In this document: positions 9,599-19,469 of the stretch, piece after piece
Layout: every line of letters starts with the position of its first letter
Numbering within the stretch: the stretch's first letter is position 1
Source: a bacterium
GTDB lineage: Bacteria; Bacteroidota; Bacteroidia; Bacteroidales; UBA3663
NCBI GenBank assembly: GCA_963624265.1
Contig: CAVFPF010000029.1
Location: forward strand, 16,284 to 80,283
Length of the DNA stretch: 64,000 nucleotides
Direction of reading: 5' to 3'
Program-made: the position numbers and the translations under genes
Notes under the pieces: model-generated
What the model saw: only the letters and a program-made list of their open reading frames with translations
Database searches by the model: none
What the model was told of the DNA's origin: nothing

Positions 9599-10663
9599 CT
9601 AAGGTCGGCTTATCCCTAAAGTGCACAAGGCCTCCTGCAGTGCATGCTCGAAATAATAGCCCGACGCAATCCGTGAGGAAACGCGCCTGACATTGTCCAT
9701 CATCGTGTTGTACTGCTCGGGGGTGATAGCTGACAGGGTGCCCTCGAGATTGTCGATGCTGTCGACCAGAATGCCGCAGCCTTCTTTCTCTATGAAGTCG
9801 GCGAGACCGGCGTGCTTCCATAGGATGACGGGGCACTGACACCTGAGATAGAGACTGACCTTGTGCGGGTTGTTGATGGCCATGTATTCCCCGATTTTCC
9901 CTTTGCCGAAAGCCAACGACTCGCCGTACCACGAGAGTCCGAAATCGCCTTCGTTGCAGGCCATGAGCTCGAAGTCCTTGGCATAGCCGTGGAAGGAGAC
10001 CAGATGTTCGTGGCCGGCAGCGGCCCTTTGGAACCGTTCCTCATCGAGATGATTGCCGTAGAGGTGTATGGGATGTGCTGACAGCGCGCTGGTCAGGTCA
10101 TATACGAAGCTGTTGCTGGCAGGATTCAGGTTGCCCAGGAAGAAGAAACTGTAGGGCTCTCCGGCGTGGGGCATCGGCCGGCTCTGCGTGATGCCAGCGG
10201 GGGAGAGGTAGTCGAATATGCCCAGCTGCAGTATGGGATGCTGCACGCCGTAGTCATTGAGCACCTGTTGCATCTTGCCGTTGTGGGCGATGATGACATC
10301 GCTGTGGTCAAGGCGTTTCTGCTCTTGACTGGGAGTGAGCCGCTTGCTGCGGAAGGAGTTCAGGTCGTGAATGACAGTCACCACCTTTGCTCCACGCAAA
10401 TGGGCACAGCGGCACATGAACGTATAGTACTTTTTGAGCGGATACTGCAGCACCAGGACATCGCCCCGGCGTAGACGGAGTGCGGCCATAACGACACCGG
10501 TCAGGTTGCGCACGAAGTGCCTCAATGGGTTTTGCAGTGAGGTGCGCTTCAGACCGATGTTGATAGCGCCCATGCGGTCGAGGATATCCTCTATGTCCGA
10601 TTTGGCTTTGCTGCCGGCCGAGTTGGTCTGGCGGTAGTTGCGGGAGATATAGCAGATTCTCAT
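9599..10663 (-). CDS. WbbI-like glycosyltransferase (putative galactofuranosyltransferase family)
   Basis: AGSKAKSDIEDIL near the N-terminus, IGEYMAINNPHKVSLYL..ILWKHAGLADFI and SGYYFEHALQE. These resemble E. coli WbbI as I recall it. Confidence 0.5.
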   Translation of the reverse strand: MRICYISRNYRQTNSAGSKAKSDIEDILDRMGAINIGLKRTSLQNPLRHFVRNLTGVVMAALRLRRGDVLVLQYPLKKYYTFMCRCAHLRGAKVVTVIHDLNSFRSKRLTPSQEQKRLDHSDVIIAHNGKMQQVLNDYGVQHPILQLGIFDYLSPAGITQSRPMPHAGEPYSFFFLGNLNPASNSFVYDLTSALSAHPIHLYGNHLDEERFQRAAAGHEHLVSFHGYAKDFELMACNEGDFGLSWYGESLAFGKGKIGEYMAINNPHKVSLYLRCQCPVILWKHAGLADFIEKEGCGILVDSIDNLEGTLSAITPEQYNTMMDNVRRVSSRIASGYYFEHALQEALCTLGISRP

Positions 10664-10669
10664 ATTCTA

Positions 10670-11731
10670 TTATTGTTGCAGCATCTGTTCATACAAATTA
10701 TATACCTTAATGGCCTGGGCTTGCGGGTCGAAGTTGTGGCGCGCATACTGTTCGCCTTGCTGTCCGAGCCGTTCGGCCAAACTGCTGTCCTCGAGTACGC
10801 TGCGCAGACAGTCGTATAGTTGTCCGGTGTCGGAAGGATTGACCAGTAGGGCACCGTTGCCGGCGGCTTCGGGCAGCGACGAGACATTGCTCGTAATGAC
10901 GGGACATCGCTGCAGTGCCGCCTCGACGACGGGCAGGCCGAAGCCCTCGTAGAACGACGGGTAGACGAAGGCCATGGCCAAACGGTACAGACACTGCAGT
11001 GTGCGTCCGTCGTTCAGATTGTCGATTATATAGATCCATTTGCCCAGTCCTTTTTGGGCTATGTACTGTTCCACCTCCTTCCGGTACTCCCGTCCGTTGC
11101 CCACTACAACAAGAACGGGTCTTTCTGTCTCCCCGAACATCCCAAGGGCCTGGACGACAGAGAGCAAATTCTTGCGTCGGTTGATGGAGCCTACATAGAG
11201 GCAAAAGTCGTGAGGCAGATCCGGCAAAGCCTCGCATAGCGTCTGTCGGGCCGTTTCGGTATCGACGGGTGTGTAGAAAACGTCCTGCACGGGCTGGCAG
11301 ATGACCTCGATACGCTCTTCGGCGACACCGTAGAACCGCATGACATCGCGCTTCGTGCTTTCGCTGATGGCCAGCACACGCGCTGCGTGGCGGCACGACC
11401 ATCCGTACTTGAAGTCGTAAATCTGGCGGTCGATGGCATGGTACATGGCCGGGAAGGTGCGCCAGGCGGTGTCGTGTATGGTCACGAGTGTCGGGATGCC
11501 TGCACGGACGGCATCAAAGGGTATTTCGTTCGACAAGCCGTGTAGCAGTCCGCATCCGTCGTGCTTGGCCTGGTGTGCCAACGAGAAGGAGCGGTGCAGG
11601 GGACTTTCATCGTAGAGGACACGTTCGTGATTCGGGCAGTATCGTTCCAATCCGTGTACCAGTGTCCGGCTGTAGTTGCCCAACCCCGTGTGGTTGTGGT
11701 AATATCGCTTAGCGTCAAAACCTATTTTCAT
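10670..11731 (-). CDS. glycosyltransferase family 4 (GT-B, group 1)
   Basis: MKIGFDAKRYYHNHTGLGNYSR.. N-terminus and the C-terminal ..YPSFYEGFGLPVVEA.. E-x7-E-type motif. A 6-bp gap separates it from the downstream GT. Confidence 0.8.
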   Translation of the reverse strand: MKIGFDAKRYYHNHTGLGNYSRTLVHGLERYCPNHERVLYDESPLHRSFSLAHQAKHDGCGLLHGLSNEIPFDAVRAGIPTLVTIHDTAWRTFPAMYHAIDRQIYDFKYGWSCRHAARVLAISESTKRDVMRFYGVAEERIEVICQPVQDVFYTPVDTETARQTLCEALPDLPHDFCLYVGSINRRKNLLSVVQALGMFGETERPVLVVVGNGREYRKEVEQYIAQKGLGKWIYIIDNLNDGRTLQCLYRLAMAFVYPSFYEGFGLPVVEAALQRCPVITSNVSSLPEAAGNGALLVNPSDTGQLYDCLRSVLEDSSLAERLGQQGEQYARHNFDPQAQAIKVYNLYEQMLQQ

Positions 11732-11784
11732 CTTGTGCGTAAATTGTCGGTCAAACTCAATATGGAGATATGGACTTCAGAGCG

Positions 11785-11792
11785 CAAAGGTA
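11785..11792 (-). promoter_or_regulatory. -7 box (TACCTTTG on minus strand) for the GT4/WbbI-like operon
   Basis: Plus strand caaaggta, about 54 nt upstream of the ATG at 11731. Confidence 0.5.
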
Positions 11793-11931
11793 CGGAAAAG
11801 AGAGATAAGAAACAAATTTTTGGCTGTTTAGTTTTGTTTTCTCCCGTTAGCAAGTCAGTCTTATTCCGTTTTTAGTTCCGCATCCGGATGGATTTTTCGC
11901 TTGAAAATTTGGCAGTTACAGTAGGAAAGGC

Positions 11932-11939
11932 TAACTTTG
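11932..11939 (+). promoter_or_regulatory. -7 box TAACTTTG for the TonB-dependent receptor operon
   Basis: taactttg, followed by a leader of about 100 nt before the receptor start. Confidence 0.5.
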
Positions 11940-12048
11940 CGGCAGCAATCACGTGGTATAGAAAGGTTGCCGTTTCGTTATCAGGTTCTTCCTGTTTGGG
12001 CCAGTAAAATGTGGACGTGCAGGATTGTGTGTTAACTTATCAGTCAAT

Positions 12049-14874
12049 ATGAACAAATCCGTTTTGTCCATTGTCGCGATAGGCTCCTTTCTAAATTTCT
12101 CTTTCCTTGGTGGAGCCAATCCTGGCAATGATGCAGGATTGTCGGACGCTGGACCCGAAGGCGCGGCCCAGAGCCCGACCGGTGATGTGTACGACCTGGA
12201 GGAAGTGGTCGTCACGGGACAAGGAGCAGAAATCAAGAAACGCCGCTTGTCAAGCAATGTGCAGACGCTGGGCAGCCAGCAACTGGAGCATCTGCCCGCT
12301 ACGCGCATAGACCAGATGCTGCAGACCGCGATGCCCAATATGAAAGTAAACCTCTCGGGCGGACAACCGGGGGCTACCTCCCTCATGTGGGCCCGTGGCC
12401 TCTCGTCCGCCTACTCCAATGCAACCCCCGTCATCTATGTGGACGGTGTGCGCGTGGACAACAACAACACGGCCTCGTCGTTGACCAACGACCTCAATGG
12501 CGGCAATCATACGGGTTCCGGATTCCTGGGCCAGACCTCTGCTACCAGTTCGCTGGCAGACATCCCGCTGGAGAACATCGAACGCATCGAATATGTGCCG
12601 GGTGGTGCCGCCACGACTCTCTACGGGTCGGATGCCGCCAACGGTGTAATACAGATTTTTACCAAGAAGGGAGAGACCGGGAAATTCCGTGCAAGTTTCA
12701 CAGCCGAACTCGGTACGGAGGTTGCCAATACAGACTTCTATCATTTCAGCCGCACGGGCGACCTGCTGCATCAGACCGGATTGCGTCAGCGCTACCGGCT
12801 GAGCATGGAGGACGGTTCGGACAAGGGCGGATGGAGCCTGGGCGCATCGATGGAACATTCAGACGGTGTCATTGTGGCCAACGCACAGGAGCAGAAGAAG
12901 TATGATGTCCGTCTGGGTACCCACTCCGAGATAAACCGCAAGCTGGAGTACCAGTCGTCGTGGGGTGCCACCTTCCAGAATCAAAGTTATGCCCGTAATG
13001 GCAACGAGGGCCTTTACAGCGGGCTGTGGTCCATCGAATGTGCCGACTTCGGTTATGCCGACAACACACAAGGGTTGAAAACGCTCTACCCGCTGTGCGA
13101 GAAGGATGCTGAGGGCAAGTGGAAGAAAATCTTCAACACCTGCGATGTAGACGAATTGGGGGCGGCCGACTTCGAGCGACTGAAATCTATCTGTCGGGAC
13201 GGTGAAGGCCTGGCCTCACATACTGACGAGATTCGCCGGTTCCAGACCTCGCAACGATTGGTCTTCAAACCCTTTGCCGGGCTGATAGCCAAGGCAACCT
13301 TGGGCCTCGACTACCGGCACAACCGCAACCGCTACAGCATCCCCAATGCCTGGCTGGACGCAACCGGAGAACGTGCCTATCTGTCGCTTAGTTCGATGCG
13401 CAACTTCGAACGCAGTTATCTGGGACTGACCTTCGATGCCTCGGCTTCGTACAACTATACCCATGAGTGGATGAGTTCGGTGACAACCGCCGGATTCCAG
13501 TTCTTCTCGACCGACGACCACCAAACCTCTAACCTCGGCAAGGATGTGCGTGACGGCCAGTTGACCATCACGGGTGCTGCCACCAAGACGGCAGACGAGT
13601 GGATGAGTTATCTGAACAACTACGGGTGGTTCGTGCAGGAGAACTTCGGTGTCCTCGACCGGTATTATTTGGACTTGGGACTGCGGGCCGACTACAACTC
13701 CGCCTTCGGCGACAATGTGGGATGGCAATGGTATCCGAAAGTCGGACTGTCTTATTTGTTGAGCGAGGAGGCTTTTGCCCGTGATGTAGAGTGGATGAAT
13801 CAGGTTCGCATCTTTGCCAACTACGGCGTGGCAGGCCTTTATCCACCGGCATTCGCCTACCAGCGCACTGTCGCCTTGCATTCGTTCAAGGGCGAGCAAG
13901 CTGCCACCTTTGACCAGTATGGCAACGATGACCTCGGACCCGAGAAGAAACACTCTACCGAAGTCGGATTCAGTTCGGCGTGGTTGGACAGCCGCCTCTC
14001 GCTGGGCTTCACCTACTACTACGCTTTGACACGAGGCGCGCTCTTCAATGTGCCGATACCGCCATCGGTCGGCTCGGGCAACACCCTCAAGAATGTAGGC
14101 CGTATCGGGAACAAAGGCGTGGAATTCACACTGGGCTTGACCCTGTATCGCGACCGGGACTGGGATGTCAACCTGCAGGGGTCGCTCAATACCAACCGGA
14201 ACAAGGTGCTTTCCAGTGGAGGGGCTACCACGTTCGCCATCGGCGGCTTCGGCTCAAACACCATACAGTCTGTTGTCACGGCTGGTGAGCCGGTAGGTTA
14301 TCTGCGGGGCTCGCGTGCAACCCTAATGGCCGATGGTACGGTGCAGATTGAGAAGTTGGCCAATCTAGGCAATACACTGCCCAAGAGCTTCGGAACCCTG
14401 TCTCTTTCTGCCCGCTGGAGAAACTTGAGCGTGTATCTCAACGGCGACTATCAGACGGGCGGTAAGATACATTCGTACAATGCACAGTTCCGCTTCCGCA
14501 ACGGTCTGAAAGACGACCGTATCCCCGACGAACTCCTTCAGGCGCTCGGCATGAATGCAGACGGCAGCAACCGATGGAAGGTGCAGAAGACCAACTGGAC
14601 CAACGTGACCAATTACTTTGTCTACAATGCCGACTTCCTGAAGATCAGGCAGATAGGTGCAGACTACGTGTTCCGTCGTCCGGTGCAGTTTGTGGAGTCG
14701 CTGACCCTCGGCTTGTCTGTCACCAATCCGTTCGCCTTTACCTCTTGTCCGGTTGACCCCGAGGCTACCGTCTCTACCACACTCTCGCAGGGGGCAGTTG
14801 CAACGGGAGGTTTCAACTACGCCACCTATTCGGCCCCGAGGCAATTTATGGGTTCCGTAAGAATCGCATTCTAA
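12049..14874 (+). CDS. TonB-dependent outer-membrane receptor (SusC-like partner of the next gene)
   Basis: Signal-like MNKSVLSIVAIGSFLNFSFLGG, plug-region motifs (EEVVVTG.., IERIEYVPGGAATTLYGSDAANGVIQIFTKKG) and a beta-barrel ending ..GSVRIAF. An alternative start is at 12025. Confidence 0.85.
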   Translation: MNKSVLSIVAIGSFLNFSFLGGANPGNDAGLSDAGPEGAAQSPTGDVYDLEEVVVTGQGAEIKKRRLSSNVQTLGSQQLEHLPATRIDQMLQTAMPNMKVNLSGGQPGATSLMWARGLSSAYSNATPVIYVDGVRVDNNNTASSLTNDLNGGNHTGSGFLGQTSATSSLADIPLENIERIEYVPGGAATTLYGSDAANGVIQIFTKKGETGKFRASFTAELGTEVANTDFYHFSRTGDLLHQTGLRQRYRLSMEDGSDKGGWSLGASMEHSDGVIVANAQEQKKYDVRLGTHSEINRKLEYQSSWGATFQNQSYARNGNEGLYSGLWSIECADFGYADNTQGLKTLYPLCEKDAEGKWKKIFNTCDVDELGAADFERLKSICRDGEGLASHTDEIRRFQTSQRLVFKPFAGLIAKATLGLDYRHNRNRYSIPNAWLDATGERAYLSLSSMRNFERSYLGLTFDASASYNYTHEWMSSVTTAGFQFFSTDDHQTSNLGKDVRDGQLTITGAATKTADEWMSYLNNYGWFVQENFGVLDRYYLDLGLRADYNSAFGDNVGWQWYPKVGLSYLLSEEAFARDVEWMNQVRIFANYGVAGLYPPAFAYQRTVALHSFKGEQAATFDQYGNDDLGPEKKHSTEVGFSSAWLDSRLSLGFTYYYALTRGALFNVPIPPSVGSGNTLKNVGRIGNKGVEFTLGLTLYRDRDWDVNLQGSLNTNRNKVLSSGGATTFAIGGFGSNTIQSVVTAGEPVGYLRGSRATLMADGTVQIEKLANLGNTLPKSFGTLSLSARWRNLSVYLNGDYQTGGKIHSYNAQFRFRNGLKDDRIPDELLQALGMNADGSNRWKVQKTNWTNVTNYFVYNADFLKIRQIGADYVFRRPVQFVESLTLGLSVTNPFAFTSCPVDPEATVSTTLSQGAVATGGFNYATYSAPRQFMGSVRIAF

Positions 14875-14886
14875 ACATCAGACTAT

Positions 14887-16113
14887 ATGCACAATATGAG
14901 ACGCTACATATATATAATATGTGTATGGACAGGCATCGGCTTGCTTTTGACCGGTTGTGACCTGCTGCAACCCGGTGAAGTCCAGAATCCGAATGTCATC
15001 GAGGACGACTTCGCTTCGTCGTCGCAAGCCATGCAGACTTGGGTGAATGGCACCAATGCAGAGTTCGGAGCCTGCATCAGTGCCTTCGCCGAGGTGACCG
15101 GTCTGCTTTCCGACGATTTGTACAACAATTCTTCCCGCAGTGCCAAGACGGCCGATGCGCTCGACTTTCAGTATACCAGCGATGAGGTGGCCGATCTTTC
15201 GACCTGTATAGGCAAGATGATAGAAATGGCCGACTTCGGACTTGAGACCGTTGCCAAACGTGATGCTACAACCACAGCACAGCAGTGCTTTAATCTCTGC
15301 TATGTCAAGGCCGTTGCCTATTTGATGGCTTCGGAAAATTTTGTAGCCCTGCCGGCATCGGCAGACGGAGATGTCTTGACCTCCGAGGGCTTGGCCAAGG
15401 CGGCGGTAAGCACGCTCGACCAGGCTTCGGCCTATGCTGCGGATGCAGATGATGAGGCATTGGTGGCCCTGCTGAAAGCGCGGGCCTACCGGCTTTGCGG
15501 ACAGACCGACGATGCTGCGGCACAGGCCGATAGCGTGTTGCGGAAGTCACCGACCCTTCTCGTGCAGGCCACGTTCGACGACATCAACGGTTATGCCAAC
15601 ACCCTGCAACAGTATGTTGCCACGGGACTCTTTACAGTCTTGCCACGTCTGCAGATGCAGAAGGTCAAGTGTCCGCAGTCGGGTCTCTATGAGCAGCCGA
15701 TAGCCGTGGCAAAGGCCGAAGAGGCATACCTCATCCTGGCAGAGATGTCGGCACTGAAAGCTGACTACGTGCAGGCCCGCAAGCATCTTGCAGACCTAAT
15801 GCAGGCAGTAGCAGACCGCAACGACTCGACAGTATCGGTGCTGAGCCTGTCGGCCGATGACCTTTCAGCCCTAATCGACCGGAAGACAACCTTGGAGACC
15901 ATCTATCGTTTGCGTCAGGAAATCTTCTTCGCTGAGGGCCGCCGTTCGGCGGATATGGGCATCCGTATGCCTATGTCGGAAGTGGAGTATGTGTCGCGTG
16001 GCAATCTGCCGTCAGCCTATATCGAGATGCATATACCCGATTGGCTGTTGCCCATCAAGGACAGCATAGACTCGTACGTAGACCTGAACTCCAGGTTGGT
16101 AGAAAGTATGTAA
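14887..16113 (+). CDS. short SusD/RagB-like lipoprotein
   Basis: Lipobox ..LLLTGC. Helical TPR-like body with SusD-type motifs (EEAYLILAE.., YRLRQEIFFAEGRRSADMG). It starts 12 bp after the receptor stop. At about 400 aa it is shorter than the SusD-like proteins I recognise. Confidence 0.6.
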   Translation: MHNMRRYIYIICVWTGIGLLLTGCDLLQPGEVQNPNVIEDDFASSSQAMQTWVNGTNAEFGACISAFAEVTGLLSDDLYNNSSRSAKTADALDFQYTSDEVADLSTCIGKMIEMADFGLETVAKRDATTTAQQCFNLCYVKAVAYLMASENFVALPASADGDVLTSEGLAKAAVSTLDQASAYAADADDEALVALLKARAYRLCGQTDDAAAQADSVLRKSPTLLVQATFDDINGYANTLQQYVATGLFTVLPRLQMQKVKCPQSGLYEQPIAVAKAEEAYLILAEMSALKADYVQARKHLADLMQAVADRNDSTVSVLSLSADDLSALIDRKTTLETIYRLRQEIFFAEGRRSADMGIRMPMSEVEYVSRGNLPSAYIEMHIPDWLLPIKDSIDSYVDLNSRLVESM

Positions 16114-16159
16114 AATGGATTTTTTCGGCAGAAAAATTGTCGAATCGAAGAAAAAGATA

Positions 16160-16167
16160 TAACTTTG
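16160..16167 (+). promoter_or_regulatory. -7 box TAACTTTG for the flippase-like gene
   Basis: taactttg, 64 nt upstream of the ATG at 16231. It lies inside the 5' extension of the listed ORF. Confidence 0.5.
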
Positions 16168-16230
16168 CGGACGGTTTTCCTTGTGTGGGGAGATCGTCCG
16201 CAAATACAAATCCGTCAGAACTATTGCATT

Positions 16231-17730
16231 ATGGCAAACTTGAGATTGCTCGTCAAAGATACCGCCATCTACGGCATAAGCAGTATTGCCGCACGTTTTA
16301 TCAACTATCTGCTCGTCCCCGTCGAGACCTATGTGTGGGTGTCGGGAGGCGGACAGTTCGGGGTGATTACCAACATCTATTCCTACATCGGCCTGCTTAT
16401 CATCGCTTTGACCTATGGTATGGAAACTACGTTCTTCCGCTTCGCGAACAAAGAGGGCGAGAAGGCCGAGATGGTCTACTCGACGGCTCTGCGTATGGTG
16501 GGTGTCGTGGCGTTGGCTTTCGTGGCATTTGTAATTCTCTTCCTGGGCCCGATAACGGATGCCATGGGCTACGCCGAACACCGCTGGTATGTCGGTACGA
16601 TGGCCATCTGCGTTGCCATCGATGCATGGACGTGCATTATGTTCGACTATCTGCGCTATCAGCACAAACCTGTCAAGTTCGCATCGCTGAAGGTCTTCAA
16701 TATCCTTATCAATGTGACGGTGCTTGTACTGCTGCTATTGGTACTGCCTAAGTTTGGCATCTGCCTGCCTGGACTGTATGATGCGGCGGGAATACCCGAT
16801 GTGGGCGTGGTGTTCTATGTCAACCTGCTGTGTTCGACAGTGACGGCCTTGTTGCTATTCAAGGAAATGAAGGGCATCACTTACGGTTTCGACTGGTCGT
16901 TGTGCCGGCGGATGCTCTCCTATACCTGGCCGATGCTCGTGCTGGGACTGGCCGGACAGCTCAACCAGAACGCTTCGGCCATCTTGTTCCCGTTCCTGTA
17001 TGACGGCAGTGCCGATGAGGCAAGAGCCCAACTGGGCATTTATGGAGGATGTATCAAGATAGCCATGATAATGGTCATCATCACACAGGCGTTCCGGTTT
17101 GCCTATGAGCCTTTTGTGTTCGCCAATAAGGATGCTGACAAAAAGGAGACTTATGCCAAGGTGATGAAATACTATATCATCTTCACCCTGTTGGCCTATC
17201 TCTGTGTCATCGGCTATATGAATATCTTCAGATACGTCGTCCAGACTTCCTATTGGGAGGGGTTGAGAGTGGTGCCGATAGTGATGGCAGCCGAACTGAT
17301 GTTCGGTATCTACTTCAACCTCAGTTTTTGGTACAAACTGACAGACAGGACCATCTGGGGCGCTTACTTCTCGGGTATAGGCTGTCTGGCGCTGATTGCC
17401 ATGGATGTCGTCCTGATACCACGTTACAGCTATATGGCCTGTGCATGGGCAGGATTTGCAGCATACGGCATCAGTATGATTGCCTCGTATGTCTTTGGCC
17501 AAAAGTACTATCCCATCCGCTACCCAATCAAGGACATACTCCTGTACGTGATTTTGGCCATCATCTTGTTTGCGGGTATGTATGCCTCGAACGAATGCCT
17601 CGGTATGTGGCCGGCACTCGGTGTCAACACACTCCTGGTGTTGTGTTTTGTGGCCTACGTCGTGAAGAAGGACTTCCCGTTGCGTTCGCTGCCGTTTGTG
17701 GGCAAATATTTCCGGAAGAAAACCGCATGA
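16231..17730 (+). CDS. oligosaccharide/polysaccharide flippase-family protein (MOP superfamily, Wzx-like)
   Basis: MANLRLLVKDTAIYGISSIAARFINYLLVP N-terminus and about 12-14 predicted TM segments throughout. Confidence 0.7.
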   Translation: MANLRLLVKDTAIYGISSIAARFINYLLVPVETYVWVSGGGQFGVITNIYSYIGLLIIALTYGMETTFFRFANKEGEKAEMVYSTALRMVGVVALAFVAFVILFLGPITDAMGYAEHRWYVGTMAICVAIDAWTCIMFDYLRYQHKPVKFASLKVFNILINVTVLVLLLLVLPKFGICLPGLYDAAGIPDVGVVFYVNLLCSTVTALLLFKEMKGITYGFDWSLCRRMLSYTWPMLVLGLAGQLNQNASAILFPFLYDGSADEARAQLGIYGGCIKIAMIMVIITQAFRFAYEPFVFANKDADKKETYAKVMKYYIIFTLLAYLCVIGYMNIFRYVVQTSYWEGLRVVPIVMAAELMFGIYFNLSFWYKLTDRTIWGAYFSGIGCLALIAMDVVLIPRYSYMACAWAGFAAYGISMIASYVFGQKYYPIRYPIKDILLYVILAIILFAGMYASNECLGMWPALGVNTLLVLCFVAYVVKKDFPLRSLPFVGKYFRKKTA

Positions 17731-17767
17731 CAGTCCAGGCCGTAGTGTGGTAAGGCTACCCGTTGCA

Positions 17768-17836
17768 TCGTGATAGGCCCGCCTGAAGAATTGTGATAGA
17801 TCCGTCAAAAGGATTGTGATAGGCCCGTCTGAAGCG
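17768..17836. repeat. 3 x 23-bp tandem repeat in a convergent intergenic gap
   Basis: tcgtgataggcccgcctgaagaa / ttgtgatagatccgtcaaaagga / ttgtgataggcccgtctgaagcg. Copies 1 and 3 match at 19/23. Confidence 0.85.
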
Positions 17837-17840
17837 GACA

Positions 17841-19469
17841 TTAGAACTCGTATCGCGCTCCGATATGCAGGTTGATGCCCTGTTGCGGTACGCCAGGCCA
17901 AAGTTCGGTGTGCAAGTTGAGCATATTGCGGGCAAAGGCATAGACCTTAAGCCGGCTGTTGGCCTGCCAGTCGACCCGAAGATTCAAGTCTGGGTGCGCG
18001 TCCAGGTCGACAGTCTCTGTTTTATATATTGCTTCTGATGTCGATGAGGTGAAAGAAGGGATTATGGTCTCCATCTTTCTCCCCAATGCGGCATCCATGC
18101 CCATGTCGATGACAAAATGGCGAGGGTGGGAGAGCAGATGGCAACTGAGTTGTGTGGAGGGACGTGCAAAACGGGCTGCATCGCACGATTGTCCGAGGTA
18201 CGAGACCTTGGCTTTGGCTTCAAACAGGCGGCTCATTTCGTAATCGGCCTTCACCTCGAATCCGTAACTGAAACTGTCATCGTTGTAGAGCCGGACGTTG
18301 ACGCCCTGCAGCTGCATTTGACTGCCGGCGTTCATTATGGCCTGACCGCAGAGGGCATCGATGGTGTAGCCGAGCAATATCTTGCCACCCCAGCGGAACT
18401 GCCCCTGCTCGTTGTCTTCGTATCCGATGCCTAGGCGAAAGACATCAAATGCAGACTTGTAGTCATGGCAATGACTGACGATGGGAGTCTCGGTCAAGAT
18501 ATCGTAGATTTCGTCATGTCTTGTGCCGATGCCCAAGTCCACGAAGTAGTGCCGCCACTGATTCGGGTCCGGCAGATAGGAGAGGTGCAGTGAGGGTTGT
18601 AGCGAGAAGCGGTTTTTGGCAGCAAAGGATTCGGCCAGGTCAACGTCCAAACGCGTGCGCCAAGAGGAAGTCAAATCATACCACCCGTACGAGAACTTTA
18701 GGAAGAGAACATTTTCGCTGCTGGCTATCGTCCGCGTTGTGTTCTCGCCCGATGCCCCGGTAGAGGATGCGGGTGTTGTCGAAGCGGACGAATTGTCCGG
18801 ATTGAGTAAGTGCGTTCCGTTGTAGTGGTAGCCCAACTGTACCTTCATCCGGTCGGTCTCGTAGCTTGCATCGGCAGAGATTTGTCCGAAGTGTGTAGTT
18901 GCGGCAGCGGCATTGAATGTGTTGAGCGAGTGTCCGGTTGCAGCGGCATGAATCTCCAACTGTGCCTCGTTGTCCATGGTGTGGCTGTAAGTACCTTTGA
19001 CAGCCCCATTGAGGTATTTGGATTTCCACTTGTCGAATCCCGGGGTGAGCATCTCGGGCAAGTCTGTCGGCACATTGAGTTTGCCTTGGGTAAAGAAACC
19101 ATTGGCATCGACAGCGAAATCTCCGTGTCGGATGCCTGCCCGAATGTCGGCATTCCAATAGTTTCCGGCCGAAGCCTCGATATATCCGAGACGTTCTTCC
19201 TTTTGCTGTGCGACGACTTGTCCTGCGGGGACTGTCCGTATCCAGTCAGAGGTGACGGTCATGGCTTCCCAGTCGGCATATTCTACATCAGGACGGCTTC
19301 CCGTCTTTGTGCCCTGAGATTCAGGTTGACGGTAGAGCTTCTGACTCTGACGGACAGTGGGAGAGAACTCGCGTTGGAGTGTCATCGACTGGTTGAGGGT
19401 CGAATCTGTCTGGGCCAGGGCACAGATTGCGGTCAGTTGGCAGAGGCCAAGCAGGAGGATATTTTTCAT
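17841..19469 (-). CDS. predicted outer-membrane beta-barrel protein, uncharacterised
   Basis: Signal peptide MKNILLLGLCQLTAICALAQ. Alternating-hydrophobicity strands throughout and a C-terminal beta-signal ..INLHIGARYEF. Its start overlaps the stop of the TPR gene (ATGA at 19466-19469). Confidence 0.6.
   Translation of the reverse strand: MKNILLLGLCQLTAICALAQTDSTLNQSMTLQREFSPTVRQSQKLYRQPESQGTKTGSRPDVEYADWEAMTVTSDWIRTVPAGQVVAQQKEERLGYIEASAGNYWNADIRAGIRHGDFAVDANGFFTQGKLNVPTDLPEMLTPGFDKWKSKYLNGAVKGTYSHTMDNEAQLEIHAAATGHSLNTFNAAAATTHFGQISADASYETDRMKVQLGYHYNGTHLLNPDNSSASTTPASSTGASGENTTRTIASSENVLFLKFSYGWYDLTSSWRTRLDVDLAESFAAKNRFSLQPSLHLSYLPDPNQWRHYFVDLGIGTRHDEIYDILTETPIVSHCHDYKSAFDVFRLGIGYEDNEQGQFRWGGKILLGYTIDALCGQAIMNAGSQMQLQGVNVRLYNDDSFSYGFEVKADYEMSRLFEAKAKVSYLGQSCDAARFARPSTQLSCHLLSHPRHFVIDMGMDAALGRKMETIIPSFTSSTSEAIYKTETVDLDAHPDLNLRVDWQANSRLKVYAFARNMLNLHTELWPGVPQQGINLHIGARYEF

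Noticed and set aside
11940-12048. The leader of about 100 nt before the TonB-dependent receptor as a riboswitch (cobalamin or TPP).
   Set aside because: I could not recognise a B12 box, a THI-box or another conserved riboswitch core by eye. The question is left for an Rfam scan rather than claimed.
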